This document shows positions 13,263 through 25,227 of a stretch of DNA of 64,000 nucleotides, piece by piece. The notes beneath the pieces are model-generated. The model was not told the DNA's origin, did no database searches, and was given only the letters and a program-made list of their open reading frames with translations. This DNA is from Camelus dromedarius (lineage: Eukaryota). The translations under genes and the position numbers were made by a program. Location of the stretch: positions 18,850,001 to 18,914,000 of the forward strand of contig NC_087437.1 of the NCBI RefSeq assembly GCF_036321535.1, given 5' to 3'. Positions within the stretch are counted from its first letter, which is position 1. Each line of letters begins with the position of its first letter.

Positions 13263-13585
13263 ACACAAATGAACTTACTACAAAACAGAAAGAGACTCAG
13301 ACATAGAAAAGAAACTTATGGTCACCAAAGGGAAAAGAGGGTAGGAGGGATAAATTGGGAGTTGGGATTAGCAGGTACAAGCTACTATATACAGAATAAA
13401 CAACAAGGTCCTACTGTATATCACAGGGAAGTATATTCAATAGCTTGTAATAACTTGTAATGAAAAAGAATGTGTATATATATATATAACTGAATCACTA
13501 TGCACCAGAAACTAACACAACATTGTAAATCAACTATACTTCAAAATTAAAAAAAAACCAAAAAACAAAAAACACCAAAAACCCA
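13263..13585 (+). mobile_element. L1 3'UTR end (artiodactyl-type)
   Basis: ACACAAATGAACTT...TGAATCACT...ACATTGTAAATCAACTATACTTC plus A tail; imperfect TSD acca(a)tctgg. Confidence 0.85.
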
Positions 13586-13647
13586 CCAATCTGGTTTGAA
13601 ATTCCCTATCAAAGTGGAATTCCCCCTACAAAGTACTCTGCAAATAG

Positions 13648-13898
13648 TTTTATTTATTTATTTATTTAAATTAAAGTATAGTCAGTTTACAATGTTGCAT
13701 CAATTTCTGGTGTACAGCGCAATAATTCAGTCATATAGGAACATACATATATTCGTTTTCATATTCTTTTTCACCATAAGTTACTACAAGATATTGAATA
13801 TAGTTCCCTGTGCTATACATTATAACCTTGTTGTTTATCCATTTTATATATATCTGTATCTGCAAATCTCGAACTCCCAACTTATCCCTTCCCACCTC
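13648..13898 (-). mobile_element. L1 3'UTR end
   Basis: AAGTATAGTCAGTTTACAATGTTG...ATAGTTCCCTGTGCTATACA; TSD ctgcaaat on both sides. Confidence 0.85.
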
Positions 13899-13975
13899 CT
13901 GCAAATTATTTTTTCAGCTTTGTACCAGCACTCCTGGTGAGGAAACTACTATTAACTTTTTTAATTAGAAAAGCT

Positions 13976-14200
13976 ACAGATAGACATTACTATCTATAAA
14001 ATAGGTAAACAACAAAGACCTACTGTATAGCACAGGGAACTATATTCAATTTTTTTTAATGAGCTGTAATGGAAAAGAATCTGAAAAAATATATATGTAT
14101 GTGTATGTATAACCAAATCGCTTTGCTGTACACCTGAAACTAACATAAATCGACTACATTCCAATTAAAATAAGAATTTTAAAAGAAAGAAAGAAAGACA
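13976..14200 (+). mobile_element. L1 3'UTR end
   Basis: CTACTGTATAGCACAGGGAACTATATTCAA...GCTGTACACCTGAAACTAAC; TSD agaaaagct. Confidence 0.85.
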
Positions 14201-14369
14201 AGAAAAGCTGTATGTGCTTAATGCAACACATTGAAACAATATGGCAGAGTATCGCAGTAAAGTCAAGCCTCACCTCAAATCCCCCACCTCCCTACCATCT
14301 GTTACAGGATGGTGAGAGTGGCTAACGATTTTCTGTACTTATACAGGTTTTCACTCCATACTTTCAATT

Positions 14370-15180
14370 GTAATCTGTTTTTAAAATTAGATAACATGTA
14401 CAATATAAATATCAAAGCGTATAAAAGAATATACAATGGAAAGAAAGCCTTTCTTCTATCCCTCTCCCTCTAGCACCTCAGTTCTGCTCCCCAGTGGCAG
14501 CCACTGTTGCTACTTTTATGTGTAGCCTTCCAGAGATAGTCTGGGCATTTTAAAAGCATATGTTATTATTTCTTTTATTAAACCCAAGTGTTCGCAGATT
14601 AAGTGCAATATTTTCCCCTTAATAACATATCTTAGAAATTATTCCATACCATTACTTAGAGCAAGCTGCTTTATTCCTTTTCACTGGTGCATAGCATTTC
14701 CTTGTACAGATATGTCATTTATTGAATCAATCTATTTATGAAGATTTTGGTGTTCCTGCCCTTTTATTATTACAAACAAGTCTGCAATGAATAATGACTA
14801 TATTACATCTTTTTTTTTCATGTGCGTGTAGATTTGTAGGATACATATCTAAAAGCAGAATTGCTGGGTCAAAGAGCAGATGCATTTATTACTTTGCTAG
14901 ATATTGTCAATTGCTCTCAGTAGACATTATATCAATTTGTATTCCATTCATCAATTATGAGAATACTTTTTCCCCATACTCTTACTAGGATATTAATGAC
15001 TAAACAACTTCTGCCAATTTAGTAGGTCAGAAATAGTTACCTTTAGGTGTTTTCATTTGCACTTCTCTTATGAAGGAAGTTGAGCATTTTTTTCATATAT
15101 ATGAGAGTCATTGTGTTTATTTTCAGTCTGTTCACATCCTTTAGCTATTTTTCTGTTAGTTTTTTCTCCTTGTTGCTTTT
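14370..15180 (-). mobile_element. Old, decayed L1 (L1M-type) fragment
   Basis: AGAATTGCTGGGTCAAAG and TTTGCACTTCTCT...GTTGAGCATTTTTTCATAT, typical of the antisense L1 ORF2 end. Confidence 0.6.
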
Positions 15181-15213
15181 CTTGTCAATATGTAGATTTA
15201 TATACATACATAG

Positions 15214-15350
15214 TTTTTTCTTTCTTTTTTTGGCTGGGGAGATAATTAGATTTATTTATTTATTTATTCTTAGAGAAGGTACTGGGTATTGAACCCAGAA
15301 CTTCACACATGCTAAGCATGTGCTCTACCACTTGAGCTATACCCTCCCCC
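15214..15350 (-). mobile_element. Vic-1-type SINE
   Basis: Head and tail; TSD atacatacat on both sides. Confidence 0.85.
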
Positions 15351-15483
15351 CATACATACATGTTTTTATTTAGAATAATTAAAATTAAATTTTAAATGAA
15401 ATTAAAATTTCCAGTTTTAGTTCTCTTATAATTGTTTTTTTCCATGCAGGAATTTTTTTTTAAAATGGCTGAATTTAGTGAAT

Positions 15484-15908
15484 TTAAGTGAAATAAGTCA
15501 GATAAAGAAAGACAATTATTGCATGATCTCACTTATATGTGGAATCTAAAAAGTAGAACACATAGTAACAGAGTAGAATGGTGATTACAAGAGGCTGGGG
15601 GCAGGGGAAATGGAGAAATGTTGGTCAAAGGGTACACATTTTCAGTTATAAGATGCATAAGTTGGGGAGACCTAATGTATAGCATGGTGACTAGAGTTAC
15701 ATACTTGAAATCTACTAACATAGTATATCTCGAGGGTTCTCACTACCACCAAGAAAAAAAAAAAAGGTAACTGGATGAGGTGAAGGATATGTTATTAGCT
15801 TGATTTTGGTAATCATTTCACAAGGTACATCAAAACATCATGTTGTACACCTTAAATATATACAATTTCAATTTCCAATTATATTTCAGTAAAGCTAGAA
15901 AAAAAAAC
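15484..15908 (+). mobile_element. L1MA-like 3' end
   Basis: AAGTGAAATAAGTCAG...CATGATCTCACTTATATGTGGAATCTAAAA...TTGTACACCTTAAATATATACAAT plus A tail. Confidence 0.75.
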
Positions 15909-15932
15909 TCTGGAATTAATTAGTATTTTCTC

Positions 15933-16282
15933 TTTTTTTAATTTTATTTTTCTTTTTTGGGAGGGGGTAGGGAATTAGGTTTATTTATTTCTTTACTTAT
16001 TAACAAGATCAGAGGAAAGTGAGAACACAGTCCCTCACTACCACAAATTATGCAGTCGAATTTCCCACATTTGGGGAAATCGCAAGGGTCAGCACATCTG
16101 GAGTGCAATGGATAAGCCTCGCCTGGGAAAACCACCTTCGTGATCATGGTATCTCCCCTGCCAGATAAATATGTGTGTGTGTGTGTGTGTGTGTATATTT
16201 TTTAAACAGAGGTATTGAGGATTGAACCTACGACCTTGCGCATGCTAAGCACATATTCTACCACTGAGCTGTACCCTCCCCC
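15933..16282 (-). mobile_element. Vic-1-type SINE split by a U1 copy
   Basis: Head at about 16206-16282; tail AAATAAACCTAATT...poly(A) at about 15933-16000; U1 lies between. Confidence 0.85.
16010..16172 (-). pseudogene. RNU1 pseudogene: U1 snRNA pseudogene, full length (163 nt)
   Basis: Reverse complement reads ATATTTATCTGGCAGGGGAGATACCATGATCACGAAGGTGGTTTTCCCAGGCGAGGCTTATCCATTGCACTCC...ATAATTTGTGGTAGTG...CTTTCCTCTG. The 5' ACTTAC is mutated to ATTTAT and no snRNA promoter lies upstream. Confidence 0.95.
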
Positions 16283-16390
16283 TAGAATACCATTTTTTGT
16301 GATAAACCAAGTTTATATATATAAATTATATACAACTTTACGTATATGTTTCTAGGCTTTTAATTTTGTTTCATTTATCTATCTGCCTAG

Positions 16391-16841
16391 TGTTAAAAAA
16401 CAGAACTCAACAATCGAATTGACTTTATTAGGAAGATTCATGAATTGGATAGAATCCCATCTGGCACTGGAAAAGCCTGCAAGGGGCTATACAAAATGGA
16501 AGGTCTTTATAGGAAGAAGGGTGGGGCAAGGAGCTATCAGCAAAAGAGAAGAAAGGATTATTTTAGGCCAGGACATCTTTTTTGTTGGAGGAAGGGAACA
16601 GCCAGGGTTTTATTATACAGACTGGTTCTTTTTGATTGGTGAGGGGTGGAAACGGAGAGGGCCCACATGACAGATTGCCTTACAGGTGCTTGACCTGAAA
16701 ATTCCAGACTGGTCTGTTAAGATTACATTTCTGGGAGAGGTTGAAACTGCAGTTAGATCCGGTATAAATCTAGGCTTGGTATCATGGGTTTTTAACATGA
16801 ATGACTGATGCCATTTTGGCACCATGCTTTTCCTTTTAACA
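16391..16841 (-). mobile_element. ERV1-class solo LTR
   Basis: TGTTAAAA...TTTTAACA inverted termini; 4-bp TSD CTAG at 16387-16390 and 16842-16845; AATAAA on the minus strand. Confidence 0.8.
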
Positions 16842-16965
16842 CTAGTCACATCCCTTACAGTCCTGTTTTTATTATTCTATGTTTAATACATAGAAGAGGT
16901 GGTCTTCCTTTTCTTTTTTTTTTTTTTCCAGGATTATTTTTAAGAATTTTCCCAGATTGGGGGTT

Positions 16966-17109
16966 GGGGGAAGGGTATAGCTCAGTGATAGAGCGCGTGC
17001 TTAGAATGCATGAGGTCCTGGGTTTCACCCCCCAATACCTCCATTAATGAATAAACAAACAAACAAACCTAATTACCCTCCCACCCAAAAAAAGTAGAAA
17101 TAAAAAAAA
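16966..17109 (+). mobile_element. Vic-1-type SINE
   Basis: Head plus tail; TSD aagaattttccc. Confidence 0.85.
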
Positions 17110-18097
17110 TTTTTTAAAGAATTTTCCCGATATTCTTGGAATATAAATTTTAAAATTGTGTAGTTACAGAAACTTGATGTTTTATTCCTGGTTATGCTAA
17201 ACGTATAGATTAATTTACGGTGTATAGATATCTTTATAATATTGAGTCTTCCTACCCAATATGTGTGTTGTCCTCTTCCTAGCAGACTATTTTTTAAGGC
17301 AACCCATTCCATCATTGGATGATTCTAATCGTTTTTAAAGTTCCCCTTGTTTTGAAGTACATCTCTATATTTTCTAGGCAATAGTTCTAATTTTGTCCTT
17401 TGAAACTATACAGGAGTCAATATTTGAAGTATTAAACATGATCTACAAAAAAGCTACATCAGTGCTACCCGACCTTCCACATCATGGCACATGAAGGAAA
17501 TCATAGTGTGCACATGGAACCCTGGGGTAATTAGATGAACTTTTTGCATCCAAGGTGATGGTGGCGGGAGGGAGGGAATCAGGCTGCTCCAGTCACTACT
17601 TCTGCTGACTTGAGAGCTGAGGGGGCTGCAGCTGGCACTGTGTGAAACCCCCATGGAGTCCATCATCTGGGAGGCTCTTCACTAGAAGTTCCTCTCCTTG
17701 CCTCTCTCGCCTTCTCTCATTTCACTTCTGCTCCCTGAACCTGCTTTTCTTATTAGACCTTAATATACCAAACACATTCTCTTTTTAGGGCCTTTTCATT
17801 TGCTGTTCCCTCTGCCTAGCTTGCTCTGGCCCCAGAAGTTCACACAGCTGGCTACTCATTCTCTAGATCCCTGGATGATCATACCTAAGGGAGTACTTTC
17901 TCTTTCCCCAAGTCATGGTATTTTCTTGGTATCACATCAGTTTTAGAAATTTTCAGATGATTTATGTGTTTATCGTCTCTCTCCCCACCACTAGAATGTA
18001 AACTCCAAAAAGGCAGGAGTCACGTCTGTTTGGTTCTATTCTATCCCAGAGCCTTATATAGTGCCCTGCATGGGCACTCAATAAATATTTGCTATGT

Positions 18098-18280
18098 AGA
18101 TACAGACTACTATATATAAAACAGATAAACAACAAGGTTCTACTGTATAGCACAGGAACTATATTCAATACCTTATAATAATCTTAGTGGAAAAGAATAT
18201 TTATGTATAACTGAATCACTATGCAGTATACCAGAAATTAACAGAACACTGGAAATCAACTATATTTTTATTTAAAAAAA
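18098..18280 (+). mobile_element. L1 3'UTR end inserted in an L2-like fossil
   Basis: AGATAAACAACAAGG...CTGAATCACTATGC; TSD aaatatt(t)gctatgt. Confidence 0.8.
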
Positions 18281-21199
18281 ATATTGCTATGTGAATGAGT
18301 GAATGGTTTCCTACTCTAAATCTTGGAGGATCTCTTCCATGACCACATTAGCTTTTCTTCCCAGGTTAACCTCTCTGCACCTACCTACTTCCCACAATCA
18401 ACAGCTTCTCCTGGTCTGATCAAAGGGCTGCTGCTGGTGAGCTATGAGTCCTGCTGTCTATACTGTCTCCCCCTCTTTTGGCCATGCTAGCCACAGAGAC
18501 ACCACAGACCTTATCATCCCCCTTGCAGAATCCAGATATACTGTGTCTGCAGTATTCTCGGGACTCATTTGGTTTAGTAACCCTATCAAAAAACGGAAAT
18601 GAGGTTAACTCGGCAGGAAATGAGGTCAGTTTGGCCACTGATGGCAAAACACTGAACAGTGTGGGAGTTAATAGTCTGAGTTAACAATACAGGATGTGTC
18701 CTGTGGCAGTGCAATTTGATGTCCTGTGGCAGGACATCAAATGGACCGTGAACCGTGCAGGGCAGTTTGGGCTCAGACAGGGAAGATCCCTCTGGTGATT
18801 GATCACTTTCTGTGTACCTTGGGCAGGTGAGTGAGTGTGGAGTGGGCACTGCTGAGTCCTCCCAGCCTGGGATAAATAGTGGTCAGGGCATAGTAGGAGA
18901 ATGGCTTTGGTCAAAATCAATAAGCACTATTTGTTAAACCTCCCATACCTTGTGCTAAGCATCTGTTATCTCTACTCCTCCCAATATCCCTGAGTAGGTC
19001 ATATTAACCTTTTCAGGGAGAGTGAAATGGAAACTTAAATGGCTAAAGGACCTCCCCAAGGTCACAGGGTGATAATGATAAGACAAGGAGTTAATCCAGC
19101 CCACACTCCCACTCTGGTCTAGGGCCCCTCTTTTTTTTCTATGCTAAGTGAGGGGAGAAATGCAAATACAGGGCTCTAATGAATTCTTTTGTAAGTGAAC
19201 ATTGGTTTGAATCTATCTACTTGGGTATAACATGCTTAATCAATTCTGAAATGAAAAAGAAGAATCAATGTAGAAAGAAAATCTACAGAAAAATCTAGGA
19301 TGGTTATCAGCGATGATCATCACACTCAAATTTTCATGTGTCACAGTCCATTAAAAGCTAATAGGCATAAAAGCTAATCAACAGAATATACCCATAAATG
19401 AAAATAATGATGTTGTTAATGCAGATGTGGGATACAGTTGAGCTCATTAACCTCCTGTTTCATCCACATCTTTCCTGAATTTATGGAGACAATGATGTAA
19501 TTATAACCAGAGAGGCCAATTAGAACTATAACTCCACATGGAGGACATTTAATGTTTTCACTGCAGGCTCCTATCTCTGCATTTCTTCTAGATAATCATT
19601 GCCACCGGCTGCAGCCCCTCTTCCCTTCCTAGCAACCCTCCTTCCCAGTCCTGCACCAGGATGTTTGAATTGGCACTAGAGGAAGGAGTAAAGTTCTTCT
19701 TGGGTGGGGTAGCTGGGAGGTGTGGTCTGAAAACTGCCAACAGCTATTCTTCTATTCACTTGTAGGAACTTGTCTGAGAGGGAGTGGTTGACTTATTGAG
19801 AGATGCACAGACGGGAGAAGGAAGAGGAGAAGGAGAGCCAGTCTTAGTTGCCATTGCCCTTGAGGCTTTTTCTGTAGTTGTCTAAGCTAGTAGAGTTGGA
19901 TTTCTTTCATGTGTAGCCAAGTGGCTGACTGTTGACCTTATGCATTCCAAACACCTCAACCATCAGCTGTCTATTGGCTGTTTGAGGTTCATCCCTTCTG
20001 ATCCAGGAAGAATTCTGTTTTGTTTGTGCTGGGGGGTGTGTGTGTGTGTGTGGTGTGGTGTGGTGTATGTGTGTGTATGTATGTGTGTGGCCCCACCCAT
20101 TATCTCCTGAGAAATTTCCCTTCCAGTCTCCACCCCTACTAGAGATGTGTTCTCAGGGATGATGCACAAGCTGTAATACTCACTTAGTTGAAATAAAGTT
20201 AATTCTACTTTTTAAGTCAATTCCAACTGTTTAGAAATAATCTATTTTTTTTCTTTCATATTACCCCTAAAATTATGTGTGGGCAAGCCTTGGAGTAAAC
20301 TATGGAATAGTAGATAAAGCACTAGAATTAGTCAGGACTCAGGGGTTTGAATCATAGCCTGCCTGTGGGATCTTGAGCAAGTTTCTTATGAGTTTTTAAA
20401 TCTCTCTTCATCTGTTAAATGAAATGAATACATGCAAACATCTAGTACAGTGTCTGGTACACAGTGCATGCTCAGTAAATGTTTGTAAATGAGTAATTTA
20501 ATGAGGGAATTGAATCCTAGTGGGTCCCTTTTTGAGTTTACTATATGGACAGTAAATTCCCTTTGGTCTTTAGAGCCCCCATTCTTAGTCCACTGAGACC
20601 AAAGGTCATACCCCTCCTCTCCTTTTTGTTCAAATGTCAAAGTGCTGGGAGAGAGCATTTGATTGGCAGAGCTTCTGTCACATGCTCAAAGGGGGCAGGG
20701 AGAGAAGGAACTTCCTATTGGAAGGATCTTCTAGGGATACTTGCAGCTTCCTTAGTGAGAGGGCAGATTCCTGGGTTAGCTAATTCATGCTCAGGAACTA
20801 TGAATAAAAAATACCAAGGCGAATTTACCATAAAATTATCACAATATACTTCAAAATCAAAGATATTTATGGAGTCAATTATTTTGGATTATTTGTGCCT
20901 TTCCCCCATTCCTTTGAGAGAATAATCAGATTTGACAACCGAAACTCAATAGCTTTGCCATCAACCAAAAACATTTATGAAGCTTCTCACTATGCTAGAA
21001 GAGCAAAGGATGTGGAGAGGTGGCAGGTCCAGACCTTAACTGTGAAGACCTTGGCCACTCCAAAGGCAATCTTCCTGCAATAGTGTTCATTTATAAATCA
21101 GCAAGTATGCTTCCTTATAGGAACTTCTATAATCTTTTAAGGTCTAGATTGGGACCGCAGACAACCATTTGACTCCATGGAAAGGGATTTTTTTAAATG

Positions 21200-21377
21200 T
21201 ATCTTTATTGACGTATAGTCAGTTTACAATGTTGTGTCAATTTCTAGTGTACAGCACAATACATCAGTCATATAGGAAAATACATATATTCATTTTCATA
21301 TTCCTTTTCACTGTAAGTTACTACAAGATATTGAATATAGTTCCCTGTGCCATACAGTATAAACTTGTTTTTTATCT
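21200..21377 (-). mobile_element. L1 3'UTR end
   Basis: Same family as the copies at 13648-13898 and 24245-24431. Confidence 0.85.
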
Positions 21378-21600
21378 CATTTTTGGTTCTGTAATCGATT
21401 TCCATCTCCTTATTGACTCTTGTATACTAAGTGTTTATTTCCTCTGATTATAAATTTATCCATGGGTTCTTATCCCATAGTGTACTGGATCACAATTAGA
21501 TAAAGTTCAGATGCTAACATAACTGGTGCTTCCTTTCCTGGACGCCAGGGCAGGTTCACCCAGGTGCAGGTCCTGTTTATTCTATAACTGAGTAGGACCC

Positions 21601-22315
21601 TATTATCATTGGTGATCATATGGCATTTGTAACTGCATAACTGTATCATGATTGAAAGGGTTTCTCTCATGCTTTTGCTACCTAGGATTGGGCTGGAAGG
21701 GATGGGGAACTTGGGGTGATCTGCCCATTCCCTTTGTTTTGCTCCCAACACTTCAGAGATAGCACTTGGGGTTTTGTGCATCTTGTTTATAACTCACCCC
21801 AACTGCACACATCTGCAGTTATTTTTAGTTCTTCATAGTTTCTTTGTATTCTGTTGTCCCTGCCTGCGCAAACACTGTAGCAAGAGGGCTCAGGCCTCAG
21901 CCTGCCTAAAATGCCAGAAGCATATATCAGCCTGACTTGAAACTGCACACTTTTTTCTCTAGAGCGCTTTTCCACAGACCCCTTTCCTAAGCACCTTTGT
22001 TCTAGGCACAAGAATATTAGAAGAGTTCCAAAGTCAAAGGCGAACATCATACCCAGCAGAAGAAAGGGGACTGCTGGATCTGCAAAGGACAATTTTGCAA
22101 CAAGCTGTTATCCTGTATGGAAACCAGCACCGTTCCTTGAACTCTTACTATGAAACTCCCTACCTTCTCTTTTTGCAAGGCTCACAGCTTTGGAGGCATT
22201 AGCCCGCTGTGATCTCCTCTGCCTGGCAAAGAAATAAAGGTGCCTTTTCTACTTCATCTAAAACTCTGTCCTTGAGTCTCAATTCAGTAAGTAGGGTCAT
22301 TGAGTTTTGGCAACA
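21601..22315 (+). mobile_element. ERV1-class solo LTR (5' boundary uncertain)
   Basis: GGCATTAGCCCGCTGTG...CCTGGCAAAGAAATAAAG...TTTTGGCAACA 3' end; possible TSD ACCC at 21597-21600 and 22316-22319. Confidence 0.7.
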
Positions 22316-22335
22316 ACCCCACCATGACGCAGTTC

Positions 22336-22347
22336 TGCGCAGGCGCA
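22336..22347. promoter_or_regulatory. NRF1 consensus site
   Basis: TGCGCAGGCGCA, with a TGACG CRE half-site at 22325-22329. Confidence 0.5.
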
Positions 22348-23204
22348 GCTGGGACCCTGGAGGATGCTGGGAGTAGTTTTCTTGCTAAGACCCACGCCCA
22401 CCCTCAGTCTGCTCCTCCTGTTGTTAAGTCTAAAGGAAGTTTTCCAAAGGTCTTTTTTTAAACCCGAAGTGTAGATTTGCCCTTGTTGTCTAAGTAAACA
22501 CTTTCCCTGCTGAACTAGGCTCAAGTGTTCGGGAATCCCTGGCTGCCAGAGCCCGTGGTGCAGAAACTCCCTTATTCTGGATTAAAAGGAACAAAGTTCA
22601 GTCAGAGTAGGGTCCTGACCAAGGCAGTGTCCCACCTGGGAATACTTCTTTTACTAATCGTTGTCTTTTGTGTCTTTCTTTTCAGTATCAAGGTTAGCTA
22701 CAGCCAGGCGCTCTTCAGTCCCCTATTCTGATCTCCATGCCCAGTCAGCCCAGCACCTTGGAATGTGTTTACTTCTCACATGCCCCAGAGCAGTCTGAAG
22801 CTCACTGGTGTTAGTGGCTCCTGCTGGGCCATTCCTATGCCCTGGGGCTAGTATGTGGAGTTTCAAGTCATCAGCAGGGGAGAGTCCTTTGAGAGGAATT
22901 GGCTTTATCTTTTACCTCCAGGCAGAGCCTGAATGAAGATAATGACTTCAAAGGAAGAGGGAGAATTCCAGATAACTTCTAGAGAAAGAAGGATAAACAG
23001 AATTTGAGGACTGTCCAATCTGTTTGTCAACGAGGTTAAAAAATTAGTTATACAAAGAAAAATAGCTGAAAAGAGTAACATTGAAATACTGACTTTTTAA
23101 AAATAGATGAGATTACAACTGATTTTTCTTCTTTATATCCTTTCTACTAGTCTGTGTTACCTCTTCCTTTTTAAAGTTTTTTTTTTTTTTTTAATCACAA
23201 AAGT

Positions 23205-23979
23205 AAAGTCTACAGATAACAATGCTGGAGAGGGTGTGGAGAAAAGGGAACCCTCCTACACTGTTGCTGGGAATGTAAATTGGTGCAGCCACTGTGGAAA
23301 ACAGTATGGAGGTTCCTTAAAATACTAACAATAGAGTTGCTATATGATCCAGCAATCCTACTCCTGGGCATATATCCGGAGAAAACTGTTATTCAAAAAG
23401 ATACATGCACCCCAGTGTTCATAACAGCACTATTTACAATGGCCAAGACATGGAAGCAACCTAAATGTCCACCAACAGATGAATTGATAAAGAAGATGTA
23501 GTATATATACACAATGGAATACTACTCAACAGTAAAAAAGAATGAAATCATGTCATTTGCAGAAACATCAATGGACCTAGAAATTATTGAATTTAGTGAA
23601 GTAAGTCAGAAAGAGGAAAACGAGTACCATATGACTTCACTTATATGTGGAATCGAGAATATGACACAAATGAACTTATTTACAAAACAGAAACAGACTC
23701 ACAAACATAGAAAACAAACTTATGGTTACCAAAGTGGAAAGGGGATGGGGGAGGGATAAGTTAGCAGTTTGGGCTTAGCAGATACAAATTACTATATACA
23801 AAATAGAAAAACAAGGTGCTAGTGTATAACACAGGGAACTACTCTCAATATACTGTAATAAACCATAATGGAAAAGAATATGAAAAAGAATGTGTATGTA
23901 CATGTATAATTCAATCACTTTGCTGTACAATAGAAACTAACACAATGTTGTAAATCAACTATACTTCAATTAAAATTAA
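23205..23979 (+). mobile_element. 5'-truncated L1 (ORF2 C-terminus plus 3'UTR)
   Basis: Translation [47 protein letters not shown] matches the L1 ORF2p C-terminus; TSD tttaatca(c/g)aaaagt at 23190-23204 and 23980-23994. Confidence 0.92.
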
Positions 23980-24244
23980 TTTAATCAGAAAAGTGATGTA
24001 GGCTCATTGTAAAACCTTCAAATCACAAGGAAAACTACATTTAAAAAGTGAAAGGATCACTTTACCCAAGGGCCAATACCAATTCCCTCCCAAGTTTATA
24101 ATCACTGATAAAGTTTTATCATATTTGTATACATGCATATGTACATATATTTAAATAAGGATCCATAGATTTAAGCATATGATCACGCTTTTTTCTCTTA
24201 GCACTTTTGAAGACTTCAACACCAGGTCTGTCACTTTTTAAATT

Positions 24245-24431
24245 ATTATTTTAAAATATATTTTTATTGAAGTAGTCAGCTTCCAATGTGTCAATTTCTG
24301 GTGTACAGCACAATGCTTCAGTCATATGGGAACATACATATATTCGTTTTCATATTATTTTTCACCATAAGTTACTACAAGATATTGAATATAGTTCCCT
24401 GTGCTATACAGTATAAACTTGTTGTTTATCT
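24245..24431 (-). mobile_element. L1 3'UTR end
   Basis: 15-bp TSD aggtctgtcactttt at 24224-24238 and 24433-24447. Confidence 0.88.
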
Positions 24432-25096
24432 AAGGTCTGTCACTTTTAAATCACTGTTTAGTATTTTGAGGCATGAATATATTGTAATTTGACTAAATTA
24501 TCTCAATGGATGTTTAGGTCATTTCAAAAATATTTTTTGCAATTACAAACTATACTGGATTCAATATTATTGCATGTACTAACCTGTGTATATGTGTTTT
24601 TCTTTGGGATCAATTTAGAGAAGTAGAAATTATGGACTAAAGACCTATCCACTTAAATTCTGGATAGAAGTTGCTAAACTGCCCTTCTGAAAGACTTTAC
24701 CAATTTATTTTCTGCTCAACAGTGAAATAGAACACCCATTTTTCCATCACTTTGCCAGTAGTGAGTATTACTGGATGTTTAAAATGTTGATAATTCTGCC
24801 TCCCCTCCCTGAAAATTTTATTATATTATTAAAATTCACATTTTTCTGATTGCTAAGAAGGTTGAGTAGCTTTTCGTATCTTTATTGGATGTTTATATCT
24901 CTTCTATAAATTACATTTTTACTATCTCTTACAATTTTTCACTGTCTCTTCTTTATTTATTATATATCCTGTGTATTGGTGATTTGGAAGATTATATGGT
25001 TTTCCCAGTTTATCACTTGTCTTTTAATCATGATTTGTGTGTGTGTGTATGTGTGTCTGTTTAATTGCATAGAAGATTTAAAAATTTATGCAATGA

Positions 25097-25227
25097 GGGG
25101 GGAGGGTATAGCTCAAGTGGTAGAGCACATGCTTGGCATGTATGAGGTCCTAGGTTGAATCCCTGGTAACTCCTCTGAAAATAACTAGATAAATAAATAG
25201 ACCTAATTACCTCCCCCCACCAAAAAA
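25097..25227 (+). mobile_element. Vic-1-type SINE within an old L1 remnant
   Basis: 16-bp TSD aaaatttatgcaatga at 25081-25096 and 25228-25243. Confidence 0.9.

Noticed and set aside
16010..16172. Functional U1 snRNA gene
   Set aside because: The 5' splice-site-pairing sequence is mutated, there are other substitutions, and the flanks are SINE sequence with no PSE or 3' box
23280..23759. Protein-coding ORFs (also 27753-28129, 37011-37235, 13596-13940, 21169-21447)
   Set aside because: They are broken L1 ORF2 or 3'UTR-derived frames
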